From Candidatus Parcubacteria bacterium (lineage in GTDB: Bacteria > Patescibacteriota > Minisyncoccia > Phycocordibacterales > PALSA-1337), in contig JAXDMJ010000015.1 of assembly GCA_034666165.1 (NCBI GenBank), positions 1-32,971 on the forward strand: a stretch of DNA of 32,971 bases, given 5' to 3'. The notes under the pieces were generated by a model. The model was not told where the DNA came from. It made no database searches and worked only from the letters and a program-made list of their open reading frames with translations. The position numbers and the translations under genes are program-made. Positions 27,777 through 32,971 of this stretch are shown piece after piece; the stretch's first letter is position 1, and each line of letters opens with the position of its first letter.

Positions 27777-28141
27777 ATGTCATACCGTAAGCCGAATTCT
27801 GTTTGAGACAACCATTTATCTGGGACCGCGATCGCTCGCGGCCTCAAGCGGTTCTCCGTGCGCCATTTCTTGCGAAATGGTGCACGGCGCGACCTTGCAC
27901 CGAGGTAAGGATTTGGCCGTTGCACTCCGCGCGTTGCCGCACGGACTATTCCCGAAGGAACCGTTCACCGTTTCCGGCGAACGCGTCTCTGTTCGCACCT
28001 CTCGGATCACCCGGACGGGCGTTACCCGCTACCCTGCTGCCGTGCACCATTTCCTCGCGGAAATCGCGAACGGCCGGTGTTCGGACTTTCCTCATGCCGC
28101 CCTTTCGTTAGAAATTGCGTCACGCGGTTGTCTGGTACGAC
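27777..28141 (-). ncRNA. rnpB: RNase P RNA
   Basis: Universal P4 strands GAGGAAAGTCCG and ACAGAATTCGGCTTA, P1 GTCGTACC/GGTATGAC, P2 AGACAACC/GGTTGTCT, P18 hairpin; TATAAT at 28148-28153. Confidence 0.95.
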
Positions 28142-28194
28142 GCGGACATTATACCCTATCTTCAAGAGCTCGGCAACATAGACGAATATATGAA

Positions 28195-28223
28195 TTGACA
28201 GTATTGATAAGTCATGCTACACT
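28195..28223 (+). promoter_or_regulatory. Sigma70 promoter of the metalloprotease gene
   Basis: TTGACA-17nt-TACACT with extended TG. Confidence 0.7.
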
Positions 28224-28335
28224 ATTTTCATGTAAGCTCTTTAGATTGCTGGTTTGCGGCAGCTCCGAGATGGCACATTCTGTCTTTTCGGAGCTGCTTT
28301 AAACCATAAATATCAAAAAACGAAAGGGAAGAATA

Positions 28336-29007
28336 TTGAAAAATCTAATATTCATAATGCACGACACCAAGATCGAGGCCGATTTCGTGCGCGGCGCAGA
28401 ACAAGCGCTTAGAGAGCTCGCGGCTATTCTCGAGTCGGTGCGTGACATTGAAGTCGTGATCGAAAACCTCGGCCAGTGGCGCGATCCGAACTTCAGGCAG
28501 GAGGGCAATATCCTGGTGCCGTGGTGGAGCTTCGACTGGTACAGGCAGGATACTCGGAGGAATTCAGAACGCAAGAAGCAGTTGAATGCCGAGCACTTCC
28601 TGAATCTCTTACGAACAGAACCGTGGAGAAAAACCATCAAGCACGTTGATCTTGTAGTATTGAACGACGATCTGTACACCACTGATTGCCGATTCATCAT
28701 CGGGTTGGCACTGCGAAATGTCGGGACTATCGTCTCGACGCACCGTTTCAAGGGAATAGCCGACCGCACGACGCGCATCGAGACCTTTAAGACCGCCGTC
28801 CTGCACGAGATCGGACACGTCTACGGCCTGCCCGGCAAGGATCGCCCGTCGCTCATCGAGAGCCTTGGCGACCATTGCGGTGAGACATGCGTCATGCGCC
28901 AAGGCTTGTACGTTCCCGACGATTGGATACAAATGACCCGCGATCGGTTCGAACACGGACCGTTCTGTCGCTATTGCCTCGCGCAATTGGCGAAGTTCAT
29001 TCCCTAG
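28336..29007 (+). CDS. Archaemetzincin-like (M54-type) zinc metalloprotease
   Basis: HEIGHVYGL, HC...CVM Met-turn and FCRYC Cys4 site; upstream DDLY...FIIGLA and VST.RF motifs. Confidence 0.8.
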   Translation: MKNLIFIMHDTKIEADFVRGAEQALRELAAILESVRDIEVVIENLGQWRDPNFRQEGNILVPWWSFDWYRQDTRRNSERKKQLNAEHFLNLLRTEPWRKTIKHVDLVVLNDDLYTTDCRFIIGLALRNVGTIVSTHRFKGIADRTTRIETFKTAVLHEIGHVYGLPGKDRPSLIESLGDHCGETCVMRQGLYVPDDWIQMTRDRFEHGPFCRYCLAQLAKFIP

Positions 29008-29033
29008 CCGCTCCACACAGCGGCTTGTAACAG

Positions 29034-29059
29034 AGGCGGTCAGCAATGACCGCCTTTCC
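29034..29059 (+). terminator. Intrinsic terminator
   Basis: AGGCGGTCA-GCAA-TGACCGCCT-TTCC with GNRA loop. Confidence 0.75.
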
Positions 29060-29168
29060 TATTGCTATCTGACTGAAGGTCTGATCGAGATCGTTCTTAA
29101 CACATGGTCCAGCACGCTATCAGTACCGTTCTCTTATGTCAAATAGTTGACAGAGACGTCCGATCTGT

Positions 29169-31490
29169 TTAGACGATCTCGCAGACTCCCGCCACGCAGG
29201 CCAGCTCTTTTTTGAGATCGGTCTCGTTCTGCTTCTCATAGGTGATGATCTTTGAATAGTCGATATGCTCAAGCCGCTTGGAAAGCTCCTTGTAGGTCTG
29301 TTCTTCAATGGACTCATACGGCGCCAGCTTGTAGACCATGTCTTCGCGGGGCAGGAATGACAGGCCGCCGATAATGTCCCAATTCTTGTAGATCCAATCG
29401 GCGACGCCGATCCATTCGTCATTGCCGATGGAAATGGTCTGCGAGGGGTTGTGTTCTGTGTAATTTTCTTTGACTGTCTTCCAGTATTCGAGCTGCTCGA
29501 TGGCCGAAAGATCGTCACGGAAAATCGAGCCGCTCGGAGCCTTCACCGGAAACTCGAGCACGTAGGTCGTGGCATTCTCGGCCGTCTGCCCCACTTCCGG
29601 ATGATACGGCACGCCCTGGTCCTTGAGCATCTTGAAAAGAGAGTCTGTGGCTGAAATGCGGATGCGGCGGATATAGAATTTCGAGTGGCGCGGATGCATG
29701 CCGGACGAACAGTCGACGGTCTGCGAGAGCGTGCCCGAGGGCTTGACACAGGTTATAGCGGTAGATTCGCTCACCCCGAAGCGTTTGGCATATTCCTGAT
29801 TGACTTTGATGGCTTCGGCCTTGAGCTTGCGCATCACGTCTGCCTTGCGAACGGCCGGACTATCCCATTGGCCGGTGATGGAAACGCCGAGCAGGCGCTC
29901 GCGCTCGCAGCGCTCCTTCCATTCTCTGGAAAGATATTGGAAATTGGTCAGGGAAGACTGATAGGTGCCAATGATCGTAGCCAGACGGATCTTGCGGAGC
30001 AGGGATTTCTCGTCGTCTTCCGCCCGAGCGACGACTTCTGTAAGGTTGCAGAACTGTTTCGACTGCAAAATTATTTCGCCACAGGGATTTGTGCCGATCG
30101 GGCCGACAATATGCGCACCCGTCGGGTCGAAGTAGCCCTTGTACTCCTTCAAGACTTTGATGCGCCGCTCAGGCAGGGTTTTGGCCAATGAACCGCGGTT
30201 GAATATGCCGCGCTCGCCCGAACGGCTCTCGATCAAAGCCATCCATTCTTTGAGGAATTCCTCATTCGTCGGCTTATTGATATAGACGGCCGAATTGTTG
30301 GCCAGCATGCGATGCGGATGAGTGATATAAAAGGCGCCTTTTTTCGCGTCGCGGATCTGTTCGTCGCCGAGGTCGGATAGCGAGATCATGGCGCTTCTCC
30401 TCACGCCGCCGGCCACCACGCAGTCTCCGATCATGCAGATGATGTCGTGGAGGTCGATCGGCCGCAGGCGTTTGCCCTGGCGAGCGAGCATGATCTGCCG
30501 TGTGAACGCATGGAGCCGCTGAAGAGGCGCCGGGCCCGAGGCTTTGCCTCCCATGGTCTTCAGACGAGCGCCTTCGGGCCTGATATGCGAATAGTCAAAA
30601 TCGATCTCCTTACCGGCCGCCCAGGCTTTCATGCCGGCCGCAAGCGAATCGGCCCAGCCTTCTTTGCTGTCATCGATCACGCAGGCAGGCAGCTTTTCCC
30701 CAGTTTGCATCATGATCTGCGGGAACTTTTCGGCGTTGGTGCTCTCGACCGCCCAGCCAGCGCCGGTGCCCGACATCGAGACGTACATGATCTCCGCCAG
30801 ATCCTGGAACGATTCGGGAGCGATGAACGAGCAGTTATAGGCGCAGACATGATCGCGGCGGGCGGCCGTGCCGGAAAATTGCAGGAGGCGCATCGAGGGC
30901 ATGGCTTGCTGATTCAGAATTCCCTCGCGGATTTCCTTGTATTCGCTCTCCTTCAATTTTTCACCCAGATTCTCGCGCATGAAGCCCATGTAGCGGTCCA
31001 CCGTTTCGATCCAGGTCTCGCGTCGGGATTCGGCGTCGATCCAGCGCGAATAGGTCCGATAGTAGACGAACTCTCCCAAGGCATTGCGGAAGTATTTTCG
31101 CGAATCAGCCGAGAGTTTCCTCACATGAGGCGGCACTTCCAAGCCCTTAGCGCGCAATTTGGCGCGCTCTTCGCGATAGAGGACGTAGTGTTTGGCCGTG
31201 CGGACGTTGTCGGAGCGCATCAGTTCGGTCTCGACGATGTCCTGGATGCCTTCGACGGTGGGTACGAAGTTAGAGAATTTCTTCTTGATGCGCACCAACT
31301 CGGAAAAAACCTGGCTCGCCACCAAGCGCGCCTCGTCGGGCGAACCTTCCTTGACCGTGTTCATGCCCTTCCAGATGGCATTGACGATTTTTTCCAGGTC
31401 AAAAGGGACTATTCGACCGTCTCTTTTTATGATTGTGGGGATAGAAGGGGCCTTGGCCGCGGCGGAAGCGGTTTTTTTCTTCTTGGGCAT
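29169..31490 (-). CDS. nrdJ: Class II (adenosylcobalamin-dependent) ribonucleotide reductase with N-terminal ATP cone
   Basis: ATP cone IIKRDGRIVPFD..KI..AI; RTYSR, MPSMR, YNCSF, GGVRRSA, TNPCGEI, FCNLTEV, TCVKPSGT, C-terminal CVAGVC; no tyrosine pair and no adjacent beta subunit. Start ATG 31490. Confidence 0.9.
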   Translation of the reverse strand: MPKKKKTASAAAKAPSIPTIIKRDGRIVPFDLEKIVNAIWKGMNTVKEGSPDEARLVASQVFSELVRIKKKFSNFVPTVEGIQDIVETELMRSDNVRTAKHYVLYREERAKLRAKGLEVPPHVRKLSADSRKYFRNALGEFVYYRTYSRWIDAESRRETWIETVDRYMGFMRENLGEKLKESEYKEIREGILNQQAMPSMRLLQFSGTAARRDHVCAYNCSFIAPESFQDLAEIMYVSMSGTGAGWAVESTNAEKFPQIMMQTGEKLPACVIDDSKEGWADSLAAGMKAWAAGKEIDFDYSHIRPEGARLKTMGGKASGPAPLQRLHAFTRQIMLARQGKRLRPIDLHDIICMIGDCVVAGGVRRSAMISLSDLGDEQIRDAKKGAFYITHPHRMLANNSAVYINKPTNEEFLKEWMALIESRSGERGIFNRGSLAKTLPERRIKVLKEYKGYFDPTGAHIVGPIGTNPCGEIILQSKQFCNLTEVVARAEDDEKSLLRKIRLATIIGTYQSSLTNFQYLSREWKERCERERLLGVSITGQWDSPAVRKADVMRKLKAEAIKVNQEYAKRFGVSESTAITCVKPSGTLSQTVDCSSGMHPRHSKFYIRRIRISATDSLFKMLKDQGVPYHPEVGQTAENATTYVLEFPVKAPSGSIFRDDLSAIEQLEYWKTVKENYTEHNPSQTISIGNDEWIGVADWIYKNWDIIGGLSFLPREDMVYKLAPYESIEEQTYKELSKRLEHIDYSKIITYEKQNETDLKKELACVAGVCEIV

Positions 31491-31611
31491 ATGGGAGCGC
31501 AGGCGGCTGCGCAAAATGCTAAAAGTTGATAATTATTTCTGACTCCGTACGTGTACTACGCGCCTGACGATTGTTTAGGTTCATTATACACCGCGCGGGG
31601 AAATAAAAAAG

Positions 31612-31620
31612 TGTGGATAA
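31612..31620 (-). promoter_or_regulatory. Consensus DnaA box upstream of nrdJ promoter
   Basis: TTATCCACA on the minus strand, about 23 nt upstream of a TATAAT at 31583-31588. Confidence 0.55.
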
Positions 31621-31653
31621 TGATTTCGATTATGATTTAAAAGAATAAATTTC

Positions 31654-32184
31654 CTAAAAAATGAGAGCGGTGCCGGCTTGTAAAGCGTATTTTTTCGTGG
31701 CGCCCGCATTTAATTCGAGAACATATAAGACCGGGCTCGGCGGCAGGAATATCTGCGGATAGCTGTCGGGCGAAATATCCGCCGAAACGCCGACGATCTT
31801 CTTATCTGCTCCAATCCAGACCATATCGAGGGAAAATTTCATGTCTTTCATCCAAAATGCCTGCATACCGGGTTCGGAAAAGACGAACAGCATGCCTTGA
31901 TTCGCCGGGAGCGAGGCACGGCCACCCAAGCCCTTCTCTTTTGACTGCGGCGTGTCAGCTACCAGAGCGGAAATCGTCCCTTGAGGAGCTTGAACGGACA
32001 CGGTCGGCGATGATGTCGGCGACTGAAGCGCGCTGTTCGCTTCTTCGCCGAGCGATCCTGTCATTTCGCTGCTTTTGCTGAAAATAACATATGCGACGAG
32101 GACAACTATGATGACTGCGACAACGCCGACGCCAAGCGCAGATCGGGATGAGGACAATTTTTTCATTTCGACCGGTTTTTTCAC
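31654..32184 (-). CDS. DUF192-family protein
   Basis: ADTP..KEKGLGGR.SLP.NQGMLFVF, FWMKDMKFSLDMVWI, YVLELNAG; N-terminal TM. Confidence 0.9.
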   Translation of the reverse strand: MKKPVEMKKLSSSRSALGVGVVAVIIVVLVAYVIFSKSSEMTGSLGEEANSALQSPTSSPTVSVQAPQGTISALVADTPQSKEKGLGGRASLPANQGMLFVFSEPGMQAFWMKDMKFSLDMVWIGADKKIVGVSADISPDSYPQIFLPPSPVLYVLELNAGATKKYALQAGTALIF

Positions 32185-32333
32185 TGCCTCTTTTTCATCA
32201 TGAGGATCAAACCGAGAACGACCAGGAGCATCGGCCCGAGAAAAGCGGGGCCGAAGCTGAAATCGAACGTCCAGCCAGAATAATAGAAAGCCAGCAACGC
32301 TCCGACAATAATGAGTAACAGAGGGAAAGCCAT
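32181..32333 (-). CDS. Unannotated 50-aa two-TM protein (LiaI/LiaF-TM-like)
   Basis: MAFPLLLIIVGALLAFYYSGWTFDFSFGPAFLGPMLLVVLGLILMMKKRQ; TGA overlaps the GTG of the DUF192 gene (GTGA). Confidence 0.75.
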   Translation of the reverse strand: MAFPLLLIIVGALLAFYYSGWTFDFSFGPAFLGPMLLVVLGLILMMKKRQ

Positions 32334-32392
32334 TTGCGTAAGAAAAAAGGTATTGCTACCATTCTACCATATTAATAATTAAGCATATAATC

Positions 32393-32806
32393 ATGTCTAC
32401 CGTCAATTTTTGGCCGATTCTGGTGGCTGCAATAGTCGCCTTTGGGATCGGCGCGCTCTGGTACTCCCCTATCCTCTTCGGCCGAGAGTGGATGATGCTC
32501 ACTAAAATGACCTCGGCCGATATCGCCGCAGCAAAAGCCAAGGGCATGTGGAAGTCCTATGTCACCCAATTCATCGTCTCGTTGGTCATGTTCTGCGTCT
32601 TGACCTTTCTCATCGTCTCGACTGGCACCGCAAGCGGCTCAGATGGTGCTTTCCTGGCCTTCATTGTCTGGCTCGGCTTTGTGGCGACCGAAGCAGTCGG
32701 ACGATTGCTCTGGGAAAACAAACCTTTCAAGCTCATCATGATCAGCGGCATCGGCTCATTGATCACGCTCGTGATCGGAGGTGCGATCATCGGAGCATGG
32801 AGGTAG
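32393..32806 (+). CDS. DUF1761-family membrane protein
   Basis: VNFWPILVAAIVAFGIGALWYSPILFGREWM, WLGF, WENKPFKL..I..G. Confidence 0.88.
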   Translation: MSTVNFWPILVAAIVAFGIGALWYSPILFGREWMMLTKMTSADIAAAKAKGMWKSYVTQFIVSLVMFCVLTFLIVSTGTASGSDGAFLAFIVWLGFVATEAVGRLLWENKPFKLIMISGIGSLITLVIGGAIIGAWR

Positions 32807-32859
32807 CATAACTCCTTTCTCTATCACTTTCCTCCACTTCTCCCCCCCCTCTCTCTTTC

Positions 32860-32970
32860 TCACACCACGAACTTCCTCTTGATGATGCCCCCTTTCGCAT
32901 TGATGACGGGCGTCTTCATGACCTCGCTGTAGGAGCCGTCGGGGTTCTTGCGGTCGATGGTAAAGACGTA
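32860..32970 (-). CDS. C-terminal fragment of a gene entering from the right edge
   Basis: Open frame YVFTIDRKNPDGSYSEVMKTPVINAKGGIIKRKFVV-stop with high GC3; product not identifiable. Confidence 0.6.
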   Translation of the reverse strand, partial: YVFTIDRKNPDGSYSEVMKTPVINAKGGIIKRKFVV

Positions 32971-32971
32971 C

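Noticed and set aside
27724-28302. 192-aa ORF and smaller ORFs over this interval
   Set aside because: They overlap the RNase P RNA gene and its promoter; spurious.
31491-31653. Cobalamin riboswitch or NrdR boxes upstream of nrdJ
   Set aside because: Leader too short and lacking B12-box motifs; no convincing tandem NrdR palindromes.

Overview
A 33-kb housekeeping-rich stretch of a bacterial chromosome using standard code 11 (TGA is a stop). It is most consistent with a Patescibacteria/CPR (Parcubacteria-like) genome; this is inferred from the trimmed PheS/PheT, short EF-Ts, type-B L31, orphan gyrB, absence of biosynthetic genes and many small membrane proteins. Recognisable genes are a HIT hydrolase (partial), tsaD, PrsW, Hsp20, gyrB, pheT, pheS, tsf, rpsB, an orphan OmpR-family regulator, prfA, rpmE, an MFS transporter, a DedA-PAP2 fusion, a glutaredoxin, an FtsB-like protein, lepA, murJ, a TPR membrane protein, an archaemetzincin-like protease, a class II ribonucleotide reductase, DUF192 and DUF1761, plus four tRNAs and the RNase P RNA. 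No CRISPR array, IS element or integrase was seen. The most notable unexplained signals are: (1) a free-standing non-coding transcription unit at about 18640-18815 with 6S-RNA-like architecture, behind a cluster of DnaA-box-like sites; (2) an RNase P RNA carrying two mutually complementary duplicated hairpins and lacking the usual L15 GGU motif; (3) a tandem pair of catalytically degenerate NYN-like paralogs beside tRNA-Thr; (4) pervasive leaderless promoters, including palindromic bidirectional -10 elements, one of which reveals an unannotated 35-aa membrane protein; (5) tRNAs with archaeal/eukaryal-type identity positions. All calls come from reading the sequence by eye; no searches or folding programs were run.
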